This document shows positions 40,286-50,498 of a DNA stretch of 64,000 nucleotides, in pieces. This DNA is from Nitrospinales bacterium. GTDB taxonomy: Bacteria; Nitrospinota; Nitrospinia; Nitrospinales; VA-1. The notes beneath the pieces are model-generated. The model was not told the origin of the DNA and made no database searches. It was given only the letters and a program-made list of their open reading frames with translations. Position 1 is the first letter of the stretch; each line of letters starts with the position of its first letter. Location of the stretch: positions 1,216,001 to 1,280,000 of the forward strand of contig OZ253496.1 of the NCBI GenBank assembly GCA_965262115.1, read 5' to 3'. The position numbers and the translations under genes were made by a program.

Positions 40286-41167
40286 TTATTCCAGTTCCAA
40301 CCTCTTTAAATTCGGCAGGCTCGGATTTTTGGCGATCTCATCGGCTTTTTCCAGATCAATCTCGTTGCGCACCAGAATGAGCATCTCCAGACTCTTGAGA
40401 TTTTTGGATTGCAATAGAGCCTTCATTCCCTTTGTGGTGATGCGGTTGTTATAAAGATCCAGCCTTTTCAGGTTGGAAAATTGAGGAGAGTTGGCAATCG
40501 CCAAAGCTCCACGGTCACTGATCTCGTTGGCACTAAAATCTACAAAGGTCAAGGCTGAAGAATTTTCCGATGCGGCCAGTGCCTCCACCCCTTCATCGCC
40601 TATCTGGTTGCGGGTCAGCTTGAGTTCCTTCAGGTTCTTCATATTGGGCGACTCGGCAATCATCTTTGCTCCTTGTGCAGAAACCTTGTTGCCCCACAAA
40701 GAAAGATTCTCGGTATGCTTGAAGGTTTCCGATGTGGTGAGAATACGCACTCCTTCATCCCCCAACTTGTTTCCCTGCAACGCCAGAGACCTCACATTTT
40801 TCAATTCCGGCATGTCAGCGAGAATCTGCATCCCCTTCACACCGATCAATGACCGGTTTAAATTGATCTTTGTGCCCTCCTGATCCAACTTCCCCATGAT
40901 GTGAGCCGGGATATCTGCAGGCGGCCCCTTTGGTCGGCCATAACCATGTCCGCTATGTTTTCCCCCGCCACCATGTCCTTTTTTTGCCGCATCATCAGGG
41001 CCACCGTGTTGTTCCGAATCATGCTGGTTGCCTTCATGAGGCGAATGATTCCCCGCCCCAATTGCGGGTAGAGACCAGACCAACCAACCCAATACCAAAA
41101 CTCCCTGTACTACTTTTTTATGAATCAACACGATAAAATTCTCCTTTTTTATTTCGAGGCCACGCAA
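40286..41167 (-). CDS. Exported leucine-rich-repeat protein with His/Gly-rich N-terminus
   Basis: About seven LxLxxNxIgdxG repeats; start uncertain, probably downstream of 41167. Confidence 0.88.
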   Translation of the reverse strand: MRGLEIKKENFIVLIHKKVVQGVLVLGWLVWSLPAIGAGNHSPHEGNQHDSEQHGGPDDAAKKGHGGGGKHSGHGYGRPKGPPADIPAHIMGKLDQEGTKINLNRSLIGVKGMQILADMPELKNVRSLALQGNKLGDEGVRILTTSETFKHTENLSLWGNKVSAQGAKMIAESPNMKNLKELKLTRNQIGDEGVEALAASENSSALTFVDFSANEISDRGALAIANSPQFSNLKRLDLYNNRITTKGMKALLQSKNLKSLEMLILVRNEIDLEKADEIAKNPSLPNLKRLELE

Positions 41168-41970
41168 CGAAACCCAATATAATTTTTTTTCTGATCTGGA
41201 AACGCTTTACCACGAACCGCAGGGCGAGCCAGGTCCAAATTGGAATTCCACGATCCGCCCTTGATCACTTTAAATTTTTCGCCGTAGAAATCGTTCGAAT
41301 GTTCGTTATCCGGATGCGGTTGATACCAGTTTTCAGTCCACTCCCAGACATTGCCTGACATGTCCATCACCCCATAAGGGCTGGCCCCTTCCGGAAATTT
41401 GCCTCCCGGACTGGTATTGCGATAACTGTCCCCCTTGCCACGAATATTGGTATTGAGCGCATCCGCTTCGTTGCCCCAGGGATAATGCCATTTATCGGTG
41501 CCCCGTGCCGCCTTTTCCCATTCCGCTTCTGTTGGCAGACGTTTCTTCGCCCAACGGCAATAATCTTTCGCATCCTGCCAGGAAACACTCACCACCGGCT
41601 GGCGAGGATGGTTCAAACGTGAATTCTCAAACTCACGTGGAGGCGGCTTGCCCGTGGCTTCCATATATACCGCGTAATCCCTAAAGGTGACCTCATACTT
41701 GTCAATCTGGAATGTGGGCAGAGTCACACTATGCGCCGGGGTTTCATCGCGGTACCAGTCCAGCGATTCGGAATGAAATTTCTTCACCGCCCACAGGATA
41801 TCTTCCTCAGAACTTCCCATTATGAAGGGACCTTCAGGAACCTGAACCATCTCCCCCGCTTCCGCCTTTAAAATTCCGGTGACACCGGGACCTAAAAGTG
41901 GAAAAACCAACAGAAACAACCAAGTCTTGAATACAGAATTTTTAAGGGTTTTTTCAGAACCCACTTTCAT
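41149..41970 (-). CDS. FGE-sulfatase domain (SUMF1/EgtB/PvdO family) protein
   Basis: FIMGS; YEVT; RLPTEAEWEKAARG; DMSGNVWEW; IGFRC. Confidence 0.93.
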   Translation of the reverse strand: MKVGSEKTLKNSVFKTWLFLLVFPLLGPGVTGILKAEAGEMVQVPEGPFIMGSSEEDILWAVKKFHSESLDWYRDETPAHSVTLPTFQIDKYEVTFRDYAVYMEATGKPPPREFENSRLNHPRQPVVSVSWQDAKDYCRWAKKRLPTEAEWEKAARGTDKWHYPWGNEADALNTNIRGKGDSYRNTSPGGKFPEGASPYGVMDMSGNVWEWTENWYQPHPDNEHSNDFYGEKFKVIKGGSWNSNLDLARPAVRGKAFPDQKKNYIGFRCVASK

Positions 41971-42046
41971 CTGCGGGGTACCTCCGCTAGTAACTTGCAA
42001 TGGTTTTATCTGTGGGCAAACGGTCTTTCGGCCCAACTAGCTATTG

Positions 42047-42628
42047 CTAGCTGCCCCCACGGCTAGTGGATGGGATCATTCCCGTTTTCCGGGCATACTC
42101 AAAAATATCACCCGCTTCGATAATCTCAATCACCTCACCCAGCGATTTCAACCCATAAGTTTTACTGGCGGAACGGTTGGTGAGGGTACTTGCATTCAAA
42201 TCAATGACCAGATCATCCCCCGTTTTGATCTCTTCGACCATGCGTGTGACACATTCAAACGGAATGAAGAATCCACCATCCACCGAATTGCGGTAAAAAA
42301 TACGCGCGTACGATTCCGCAACGACCGCACGAACCCCGGCGATCTCCATACAAGCCGGAGCATGCTCGCGGGAGGACCCGCAACCAAAATTTTTCCCGCC
42401 TACGATGATGGAATATTTCGACTCGCTCTGCCCATTTTCAGTAAAAGGAACTTTTCCATCCGGCAGGCCTGCCTGGTCAACAGGCACTCCTGACAAAGCA
42501 AACTTGCCATAGTTCTTGCGTTCTTCAGGGTCACTCAAGCTGTACACCAGATGCTCGGCGGGAATGATCTGATCCGTATCAATATCATTGCCCAGGACAT
42601 AGGCAATACCTTCAATCACTTTATCCAT
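42047..42628 (-). CDS. leuD: 3-isopropylmalate dehydratase small subunit
   Basis: DIDTDQIIPA; NFGCGSSREHAP; ARIFYRN. Confidence 0.9.
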   Translation of the reverse strand: MDKVIEGIAYVLGNDIDTDQIIPAEHLVYSLSDPEERKNYGKFALSGVPVDQAGLPDGKVPFTENGQSESKYSIIVGGKNFGCGSSREHAPACMEIAGVRAVVAESYARIFYRNSVDGGFFIPFECVTRMVEEIKTGDDLVIDLNASTLTNRSASKTYGLKSLGEVIEIIEAGDIFEYARKTGMIPSTSRGGS

Positions 42629-42643
42629 TTTGTTTTTATGGTT

Positions 42644-43945
42644 TTAATTATTGATAAATTCTGCAGGATTGGTAATGTGCCCGGTCAGAGCAGAAGCCGC
42701 TGCCGTATAAGGCGAAGCCAGATAAACATGCGCCTGCTTGGAACCCATGCGTCCGGGAAAGTTCCGGTTGGTGGTCGAGATCACCACCTGATTGTCCTTG
42801 GCCCGACCGAAGGTGTCTTTGGGTCCGCCCAGACACGCTGCGCAGGAGGGGTCGCCCAGGTAGGCCCCGGCATTTTTGAAAATGTCTATCAGCGTTTCAC
42901 CGTCCATTTTTTCCTTGTGTAAATCCTGCTCAACTTCACGGGTCGCGGGTACGATGAAAGTATCAATCTTTACTTTCTTGCCTTTCATGAGCCGGGCCGC
43001 CGCCATGAAATCGGTGAGCTTGCCACCAGTACAAGACCCTATATAAGCCCGGTCGAGTTTCACATCGACACAATCGCTGACCTTGGCCTTGTTGTCAGGA
43101 GAATGCGGCTTGGCCACAATCGGTTCCATCTCGCTGGCATTGTAGGTTTTTTTGAAGAAATACTGCGCGTCGGTATCAGACTTATAAATTTTGTAAGGCG
43201 CATCCGTTCTCTGCCGAACATAGTCGAGAGTCACATCATCGGCTTCGATGATGCCATTTTTCCCGCCTGCTTCAATCGCCATATTGCACAGAGTCATGCG
43301 CTCTTCCATCGAGAGGCTCATGACCGCGTCACCTCTCCATTCCATCGCCCGATAGGTCGCGCCATCCACCCCGATGTCGCCAATAACATTGAGAATCACA
43401 TCCTTAGCCATGACATGTTCGGGAAATGTGCCGGTAAATTCAAAGCACATCGTCTCCGGAACCTTGACCCAGAGCTTGCCGGTACCCAGAATAAACGCCG
43501 CATCGGTATTACCGATGCCAGTGGAAAACATGCCAAACGCACCGGAGGTGCTGGTATGGGAATCCGTACCAAACAACACTTCGCCGGGCCGGTTAAAACC
43601 TTCCTGGGCCAGAGCGAGATGGCACACGCCTTTATAATTATCCGTCCCAACATCATAATAATGCGGCAGGGACTGCTCCTTCACAAACTGGCGAAGGATG
43701 TCTATATTTCTGTTGGCATGGGTGTCTTTGGTAAAGATAAAATGATCGGGAATGATCACCACCTTATCCCGGTCCCATACTTTGGCATTTTCGCCAAACT
43801 GCTTTTTAAAAATCGCGAAAGTACCCGGACCGCAAACGTCGTGCGTCATCAACACATCCACATCCACCCAGATATTGTCGCCGGGCCGAACAGACTCTTT
43901 ATCCGCATGCGCAGCCAAAATCTTTTCTGTAATCGTCATTTCCAT
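42644..43945 (-). CDS. leuC: 3-isopropylmalate dehydratase large subunit
   Basis: DH; GTDSHT; NMAIEAG; IGSCTGG; CAACLG; TNRNFPGRMG. Confidence 0.92.
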   Translation of the reverse strand: MEMTITEKILAAHADKESVRPGDNIWVDVDVLMTHDVCGPGTFAIFKKQFGENAKVWDRDKVVIIPDHFIFTKDTHANRNIDILRQFVKEQSLPHYYDVGTDNYKGVCHLALAQEGFNRPGEVLFGTDSHTSTSGAFGMFSTGIGNTDAAFILGTGKLWVKVPETMCFEFTGTFPEHVMAKDVILNVIGDIGVDGATYRAMEWRGDAVMSLSMEERMTLCNMAIEAGGKNGIIEADDVTLDYVRQRTDAPYKIYKSDTDAQYFFKKTYNASEMEPIVAKPHSPDNKAKVSDCVDVKLDRAYIGSCTGGKLTDFMAAARLMKGKKVKIDTFIVPATREVEQDLHKEKMDGETLIDIFKNAGAYLGDPSCAACLGGPKDTFGRAKDNQVVISTTNRNFPGRMGSKQAHVYLASPYTAAASALTGHITNPAEFINN

Positions 43946-44421
43946 CAAACAAGTTCCTCCAAAGCGGAAATAGCTCCGCAAGGTGCTTCAGTTTTTCTTT
44001 TAAACTTCCGCAAAGGCTATGAATAGGTAAGATACCATTGAAAACGACCAAACCATATAAAATTTTTATTTCACGGTTTTTTGTGCGTAAAATGAATCTA
44101 TACAGGCCTCAACAAGCCGCCTGGACAACCCCTTCGCGGGAAACCAAATGATCGGACTCATCAAAGAAATCCTCGACCGAATACGCATAAAATTCCACTG
44201 TGGCACCTGCAGTTTGTAGATGATCGATCAGGTCCCTTCAGGCACCGAACCCGCAAAACCCAAACCTGCCAGTTTGCCAGACCCCCTACTGGTAAAATAG
44301 GCCTTCGACAAAAAACAGCATTTATCCTGACCGCAGGTAAGTTTATTATAGCTCTTTAACTATCAACCGGTTATCATCGCTAGCTGAGCTTGTTTTCAAG
44401 GTCTAACCTTTTTAAATTGTC

Positions 44422-45876
44422 ATGACCGATTCCCAATCAAATAACCCGCAGATCATTATCGATAGACGCCCTCTATGGATCATACTTTTTGACCGTCTGC
44501 GCCGCTACTTTTTACTGGCCCTGTTTTTCGGTACTTTTGCCCTGTTGTTAGGACTGGAAGGCCCCAGCGACCTGTCACCGGAAGGCTATAAAGTTCTCTG
44601 CCTTTTTATTCTCTGTGTCTTTCTTTGGTCGACCAATCTCATTCCCCTGTCGATCACCAGCCTGATGGCCATCGCCGCAGTTCCGCTACTGGGAATCATG
44701 GAAGCCACCCAGGCTTACAGTTATTTTGGTAACAAAGCGGTTTTCTTTATACTGGGGGTCTTCATTCTGTCAGCGGCAATGATCGCCTGTGGACTCAGCA
44801 CCCGCATTTCCATCTGGGTCATGGAACACTGGAGCGACACACCCGGGCGACTGGTCACCTCTACCTATTGCTTTGCAGCAATCAGCTCGTGTTTCATGTC
44901 CGAGCACGCGGTGGCCGTCATATTATTTCCAATCATCCATGAAATCGTGCAGTCCTTGAATTTAAAACGCGACAATTCCGTCTTTGGCAAGTCTCTGTAC
45001 TTTGCCATGGCATGGGGATGCATCATCGGTGGGTCCATGACTGTGCTTGGCGGGGGACGCGTGCCGCTCGGCGTAGAGATGCTGGAAAAAGCCACCGCCG
45101 GACAACAAACCCTTGGCATTCTGCAATACACCCGGTTGAGTTTCCCGCTGGTGCTACTCCTCTTCGCAGTTGGGTGGGCGGCCTTGAAAATTTTGTTTCC
45201 CCCGGACATTCAGAACATCGATCAAGCGCGAAAAGCGCTGAAGCAAAAAGCTGTGGTCATGGGGAAGTTGACCTTTCAGGAAAAGGGCATCGCCCTGGTC
45301 ATGGGAGCCACACTTTTTTGCTGGTTTGGCTATGGCGACCAGTTGGGCATCGCCAACATCGCCATCATTTCCATCGTCCTGTTGTTCGTGTTCAACCTCA
45401 TCACCTGGAAAATGGTAGAAGGCCATATAAACTGGGCCATTGTCCTGATGTATGGAGGCGCCATCTGCTTGGGAGAAGTCATGTCGGAATCGGGAGCGGC
45501 CCTATGGCTGGCTGAACAACTATTTTCGGGACGGGTTGAATCGGGCACCGTTTTCCTTTTGGTCATCGCGTTGTTGTCAACCCTATTCACCACTTTCATG
45601 AGCAATTCAGCGGTCATCGCCATCCTTCTGCCCACGGCTATCAGCATGAGTCCGGCCTACGGCATTAATCCAGCGCTGGCCACCATGACGGTGATCCTGC
45701 CCAGCAACTTTGCCTTCATTTTACCGATCGCCACCCCCGCTTCGGCGCTGGCATATTCTTCAAGGTTTCTGACTTTGAGGGAAATGATCTGGTCAGGAAG
45801 TATCCTCAGCTTGCTGGGCATGGCTTTCTATCTGCTACTTCTCATGTTCTACTGGCCGATGGTCGGTTTTCAGTAA
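44422..45876 (+). CDS. DASS/SLC13 sodium:anion symporter
   Basis: Many TMs; FMSNSA; ILPIATP. Confidence 0.9.
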   Translation: MTDSQSNNPQIIIDRRPLWIILFDRLRRYFLLALFFGTFALLLGLEGPSDLSPEGYKVLCLFILCVFLWSTNLIPLSITSLMAIAAVPLLGIMEATQAYSYFGNKAVFFILGVFILSAAMIACGLSTRISIWVMEHWSDTPGRLVTSTYCFAAISSCFMSEHAVAVILFPIIHEIVQSLNLKRDNSVFGKSLYFAMAWGCIIGGSMTVLGGGRVPLGVEMLEKATAGQQTLGILQYTRLSFPLVLLLFAVGWAALKILFPPDIQNIDQARKALKQKAVVMGKLTFQEKGIALVMGATLFCWFGYGDQLGIANIAIISIVLLFVFNLITWKMVEGHINWAIVLMYGGAICLGEVMSESGAALWLAEQLFSGRVESGTVFLLVIALLSTLFTTFMSNSAVIAILLPTAISMSPAYGINPALATMTVILPSNFAFILPIATPASALAYSSRFLTLREMIWSGSILSLLGMAFYLLLLMFYWPMVGFQ

Positions 45877-45884
45877 TCACGCCG

Positions 45885-46223
45885 ATGCCTTCCGTCCAAC
45901 AACTGCAAGCGATTGAGCTGAAAAAGAAGCTGGATAACGGCGAAGACATTTTTCTGCTCGATGTGCGAGAACCTTGGGAGTTCTCCCTCGCCGCCATTGA
46001 TGGATCGGAAAATTTTCCTCTGGCCGAGGTCATTGACCGACAGCAGGAATTTATCTTTGAAGAAGCAATTGTGGTGATCTGCCACTATGGCGAGCGTTCG
46101 CAAAGAGCCGCCAGCGAATTGATCGAAAGCGGATTCAAAACTGCCCACAACCTGGTCGGCGGCATCGATGCATGGTCACAGGTGGTCGACCCAACCGTGC
46201 CCCGCTACCGATCCTCAGGTTAG
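45885..46223 (+). CDS. Rhodanese-domain protein
   Basis: LLDVREPWE; ICHYGERS; NLVGGIDAW. Confidence 0.93.
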   Translation: MPSVQQLQAIELKKKLDNGEDIFLLDVREPWEFSLAAIDGSENFPLAEVIDRQQEFIFEEAIVVICHYGERSQRAASELIESGFKTAHNLVGGIDAWSQVVDPTVPRYRSSG

Positions 46224-46227
46224 CCCC

Positions 46228-46348
46228 CACTCGGCGTGGGGCCGACTGGCAAGAGCCCGTAAAACCGAGAGCATCGTTGCTAGCGGTCGTGATATTCTTC
46301 CTTAACTTTCGTGCCCCGGAGGGGTAAAAAAAGCTATTGCAAGTTACC
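46228..46348. repeat. Family B element carrying a 39-nt mini-element (46288-46326); overlaps the aroDE stop codon
   Basis: Imperfect TIR GGCCGACTGGCAAGAGC and GCTATTGCAAGTTACC. Confidence 0.85.
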
Positions 46349-47800
46349 ACCGGGCATTGCCCGGCGCATAATGTCGATGGGAGCGGGTTGGCCAGTCCAC
46401 AGCTCAAACTGGCGTGCCGCCTGATTGATGAACAACTCACTACCAGGAATAACCTTGCACCCGGCAGATTTGGCTTCGCGCAAAAGTTTTGTCTCTAGAG
46501 GATTATAAACTGAGTCGAACACCACCATGCCTTCTTTGAAATCTCTGGCCAAAAACGGGGTTTCGTTGATGTTCGGACTCATACCGACCGGCGAACAATT
46601 GATCAACACATCTATGGCACAGGTTCCCGCCTCACGCGCATGGATCAACTCGCAGTCCAACTCCTTTGCCAGGCTTTCGCCCTGTTCTTTATTTTTATTA
46701 TAGGTGACGGTCAACAGGCCGCCTTTTTCTTTCACGCCAAAACCGATGGCCTTGGCGGTTCCGCCGGAGCCGATGATGAGAACATTTTTACCCTGCAACG
46801 ATGTGCAGGCTTCAAGAGCTGAAATAGCACCGGAGCAATCAGTGTTATAGCCCACCCAGTCTATCCCTTCTTTCACCACCGTATTGACCGCGCCGATTTT
46901 TTTGGCCGTTTCATCGACCCTGTCCAATAGGGGCATGATCTGTTCCTTGCCCGGCATGGTGACACTCAGTCCGTTAAAGAAATCCTTAAAATCGTTGAAA
47001 AAATTTTCCACATTGTCGACCAGAAAAGAAACGTAAATGTCTAGAGAGGCCTTTTCCTGAAAAGCCCGGTTATGCACCAGATAGCCCAGGCTCTTCGATA
47101 CCGGATTGCCAATAACACCATAAATTTTAAAATCAGAACGCTCGGTGTTGACTCGGTAAATATCTTTGAGCGTTGTTGCGGGAATCTGACCCGGAGCACT
47201 TTCCTGTCCGCTTTCTAGACTGCCAAAGGTCAGGTATCCGCCAAAGAGAGGTGAAAGGATACGGCTGATTTCCCCGAGGTCACCCATGCAGAGTCCGATC
47301 AGTTTTTGCTTTTCCTGCCGGGCGCGTTTAAGCAGTTCAAACATTTTCAGGTTGTCACTAAGGTCTCGGGCGTAGGTGACGATCTTGATGATCTCTCCCG
47401 GCAGTTCGCGCATGGTTTCATAAAGCGGATTGAAATCTTCAGGCGTGTGCGAGAAGTCGTGATAAGAAATAATAATTTTTGAGGGGTCGCCTTCTTCCAG
47501 GAAGGGTTGCAAATATTCCCGGGGCGTGGAGACTTCAATATCCACATAATCGACTCCGGCATTCAGGGCATTGCGAAGCAACTGCACGCGGTCTTCCTCC
47601 GTCCCCTTAAATTGTCCGCCATCGTGTTTGGAACGGTTGGTGACAATGACCGGCAATTGGGCCGAATGGAGCAACGGGTTCAGGTCGGGAGTCTCTATCA
47701 AATCCAGACGCAGTTCCAGAATATCGGCGATCGCAGAGGCCAACGTGATCTGCTCGATGGCTTTGGACATGGAGGGGCCAACAATGGGGACACAAATCAT
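46334..47800 (-). CDS. aroE: Bifunctional type I 3-dehydroquinate dehydratase / shikimate dehydrogenase (AroD-AroE fusion)
   Basis: ELRLD, YVDIE, ISYHDF, SAPGQ; then SVTMPGK, GAVNT, NTD, GSGGTA. Confidence 0.95.
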   Translation of the reverse strand: MICVPIVGPSMSKAIEQITLASAIADILELRLDLIETPDLNPLLHSAQLPVIVTNRSKHDGGQFKGTEEDRVQLLRNALNAGVDYVDIEVSTPREYLQPFLEEGDPSKIIISYHDFSHTPEDFNPLYETMRELPGEIIKIVTYARDLSDNLKMFELLKRARQEKQKLIGLCMGDLGEISRILSPLFGGYLTFGSLESGQESAPGQIPATTLKDIYRVNTERSDFKIYGVIGNPVSKSLGYLVHNRAFQEKASLDIYVSFLVDNVENFFNDFKDFFNGLSVTMPGKEQIMPLLDRVDETAKKIGAVNTVVKEGIDWVGYNTDCSGAISALEACTSLQGKNVLIIGSGGTAKAIGFGVKEKGGLLTVTYNKNKEQGESLAKELDCELIHAREAGTCAIDVLINCSPVGMSPNINETPFLARDFKEGMVVFDSVYNPLETKLLREAKSAGCKVIPGSELFINQAARQFELWTGQPAPIDIMRRAMPGGNLQ

Positions 47801-48067
47801 AGAGGAAACCGATAAAAAATATTCTCAAACCATAAGGAAGGATAGTACCACACCAACTCGGCGTGGGGCCAATATGCAATGGTATTATTTAAACAAGAAT
47901 AGAGTTATCTCGGCTGAAAAATTCTTTGCTATCGGCCGCACTGAATCGATTTCTTTAAAGGGGGACTTGACCCTCTTATCCCGAAATGATATTAAATACT
48001 CTCCTGACAAGAGAAGTATCATTAAAATTTATTGTCGTTGTCTATCGTTTAATTTGGAGATTAACCT

Positions 48068-48268
48068 ATGGAAGTCAATGAAATTAGAGTGGAGATCAGA
48101 AAACATCACGTGACTCCCGGGGTCAATGTACTGGATCTTGTCATTGACGCCGATGGGGAACAAATCCGCAGGCAAACCCAACATAAAGACGATGACAAAG
48201 CCTTCGAAAAATTCGTCAAAGATATCACCAAAGTCGCACAAGAACTCGCCAACGCCCGCATCGAATAA
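48068..48268 (+). CDS. Small hypothetical protein
   Basis: 66 aa; GGAGA RBS. Confidence 0.7.
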   Translation: MEVNEIRVEIRKHHVTPGVNVLDLVIDADGEQIRRQTQHKDDDKAFEKFVKDITKVAQELANARIE

Positions 48269-48281
48269 TCCCTTAGCAAGG

Positions 48282-48801
48282 ACGGGCAGATAGCAATAGC
48301 CCATTGAGCCTAAAGCATCTTTGCTAGCTGTATGTGATATTCTATCTAAACCTTCGTGAGCCTGTGATATCCCTTCCATAAATTTCATGCCCGGAACGGG
48401 TAGCAGAGGTAAAGACAAATAATAAGCATAACTCGCAGAATTCAACAGCAAAACCTTCTAGATTGCTTCACTCCGTTCGCAATGACGACTTATGCAAAAC
48501 TCTCCCCGACAAGGGGAAGTTATTAAAGTATTGCGCTTGAGGGCTTATTCTGCTTTACGGGCAATGCAGTGCTGGCCCCACGCCTAGCAGGGTGCTGAAA
48601 AACTCCCGAAGTTGTCATCATCGAGGAGCCGAAGGCGACGAAGGATATCGAAGTCCCTTATAAATCAAAAGACGGGATTCTTCACTCCGTTCGCAATGAC
48701 GACTTATGCAAAACTCTCCCCGACAAGGGGAAGTTATTAAAGTATTGCGCTTGAGGGCTTAGTCTGCTTTACGGGCAATGCAGTGCTGGCCCTCCGCCTA
48801 G
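48282..48801. repeat. Repeat cluster: family B, nested 39-nt elements and a 122-bp direct duplication (48466-48587 / 48680-48801)
   Basis: 119/122 identical copies, each holding a family A right end; family C left end GGGTGCTGAAAAACTC between them. Confidence 0.9.
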
Positions 48802-49850
48802 GAGGGGTTGGTGATTTTTAGTTTTTTGAGTTTTTCGACCAGGGTGGTGCGGTTGAGGTTCAACAAAGTTGCCGCCTTGTTTTTGACCCAACCGGTTTTT
48901 TCCAACGCTTCGATGAGAAGTTCCTTCTCGAAATCTTCCACCAGTTTTTTCAGGTTGATGCCTTCATCGGGGATGCCTACATGGAAGGATTGCTTGAGCG
49001 ACTGTTGCAAAATCTGAGCGGGATTCCCTTCCGGCTGAGATTTTTCGGCAAGAGGAGTCCACTTTTCTCTGGGGACTTCACCCAGAACTTTATCCGGCAA
49101 ATCTCTTGGGGTGATGGTAGAGCCAATGCTCAGCACAACCATGCGTTCAACGAAATTCGCCAACTCGCGAATGTTTCCCGGCCAGGAATAGTTCACCAGT
49201 ACGTTCATCGCTTCATCGCTAATGGTTTTAGGGCTGCCCGACCCATTGAACTGCGCAAGAAAATGCTGGGCCAAAAGCGGAATGTCTGTTTTCCGGTCGC
49301 GCAACGGGGGAAGGTTGAGGGGAATGATGTTGAGCCGGTAATACAGGTCTTCCCGGAACCGGCCTTCTTCAATCGCAACTTCCAGGTTCTGGTGCGTGGC
49401 GGTGATCACCCGGATGTCGATCGGCGTGGACTTGGTACTGCCAATGCGGTCGATCTCCCTTTCCGCCAGAACTCTTAATAACTTTACTTGCAAGGTCGGA
49501 GGCATGTCGCCGATTTCATCGAGAAAAACGGTTCCCTGATTCGCCAGTTCCAGCCGACCGATACGGATATTCACAGCGCCCGTGAACGAGCCTTTTTCAT
49601 AACCAAATAATTCACTCTCCAACAAGTCATGAGGAATAGCGGCACAGTTGACGGCAATGAAAGGTTTGGAGGCGCGCGGACTGTTGAAATGTAATGCCCG
49701 GGCAATCAGTTCCTTTCCCGTTCCACTTTCACCATAAATCATCACGGTGCTTTGCGAACCTGCGGCCCGGCCCACAATGTCAAAAACCTCGCGAATTTGT
49801 GGACTTTCACCAATAATGCTGAAACTGTCTGTGTCGAGTTTTATCTTCAT
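48798..49850 (-). CDS. Sigma54-dependent enhancer-binding protein lacking an N-terminal sensory domain (FleQ/FlrA-like tail)
   Basis: [14 protein letters not shown]...[32 protein letters not shown]is-HTH. Confidence 0.93.
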   Translation of the reverse strand: MKIKLDTDSFSIIGESPQIREVFDIVGRAAGSQSTVMIYGESGTGKELIARALHFNSPRASKPFIAVNCAAIPHDLLESELFGYEKGSFTGAVNIRIGRLELANQGTVFLDEIGDMPPTLQVKLLRVLAEREIDRIGSTKSTPIDIRVITATHQNLEVAIEEGRFREDLYYRLNIIPLNLPPLRDRKTDIPLLAQHFLAQFNGSGSPKTISDEAMNVLVNYSWPGNIRELANFVERMVVLSIGSTITPRDLPDKVLGEVPREKWTPLAEKSQPEGNPAQILQQSLKQSFHVGIPDEGINLKKLVEDFEKELLIEALEKTGWVKNKAATLLNLNRTTLVEKLKKLKITNPS

Positions 49851-50012
49851 AACAGGCCCCATTATAACCAAAACAGAAAGACTATCAAATTTTTTAAGAG
49901 TTTGTGATGGTCTCGGTGAGAGCAAAAAACGTCAAACATTCAACATTAGCCCAAAAACTGTTGATTTTAAAAGAAACACAATATGATGGATAGTTTGACG
50001 TAGGCAGTCTGG

Positions 50013-50408
50013 CTACTGATTATACGGCACGACATTCTCGTGCTCATTGGGGTCGTTGCGTGAAACAATCGCCAGGGCCGGTTCACTGTCGGACAGGTTC
50101 ACCGGTTTATGCGGCACCCCGGGAGGGATGAAAACAAAGTCGCCTTCTTCGTTGATCACCGATTCTTGCAGGTTTTCACCAAACCGTGTTTCCACCCTGC
50201 CCTTCAGCAAATAAATCGCCGTTTCGAAATCTTGATGGTAATGCGCCTTGGGCGACCCGCCCGGAGGAATCACCACCAGGTTCATCGACAGCCCCACCGC
50301 CCCTACCGTTTCTGTGGAGATGCCGACATAATAAGGCAGGTTCTGTTTGGTCTCAATAGTTTGATCGGGACGCACGGTCACCACTTTTTTGCTTAAGTCC
50401 AGGCTCAT
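50013..50408 (-). CDS. Cupin domain protein
   Basis: AHYHQDFETAIY; GDFVFIPPGVPH. Confidence 0.92.
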   Translation of the reverse strand: MSLDLSKKVVTVRPDQTIETKQNLPYYVGISTETVGAVGLSMNLVVIPPGGSPKAHYHQDFETAIYLLKGRVETRFGENLQESVINEEGDFVFIPPGVPHKPVNLSDSEPALAIVSRNDPNEHENVVPYNQ

Positions 50409-50446
50409 GACACACCTCTTTGAAAAAGAAAAAATATTTAAGCAGC

Positions 50447-50482
50447 TGGATCGCCACGCCGCGTCGCGGCTCGCGATGACAG
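50447..50482. repeat. REP-like palindrome
   Basis: GGATCGCCACGCCGCGTCGCGGCTCGCGATGACA. Confidence 0.65.
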
Positions 50483-50498
50483 ACAACGCAGAAGGGAA

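Noticed and set aside
44107..44321. Possible decayed DsrE-like gene on the minus strand (RDLIDHLQTAGATVEF...)
   Set aside because: Several stops and only vague resemblance; needs BLASTX.
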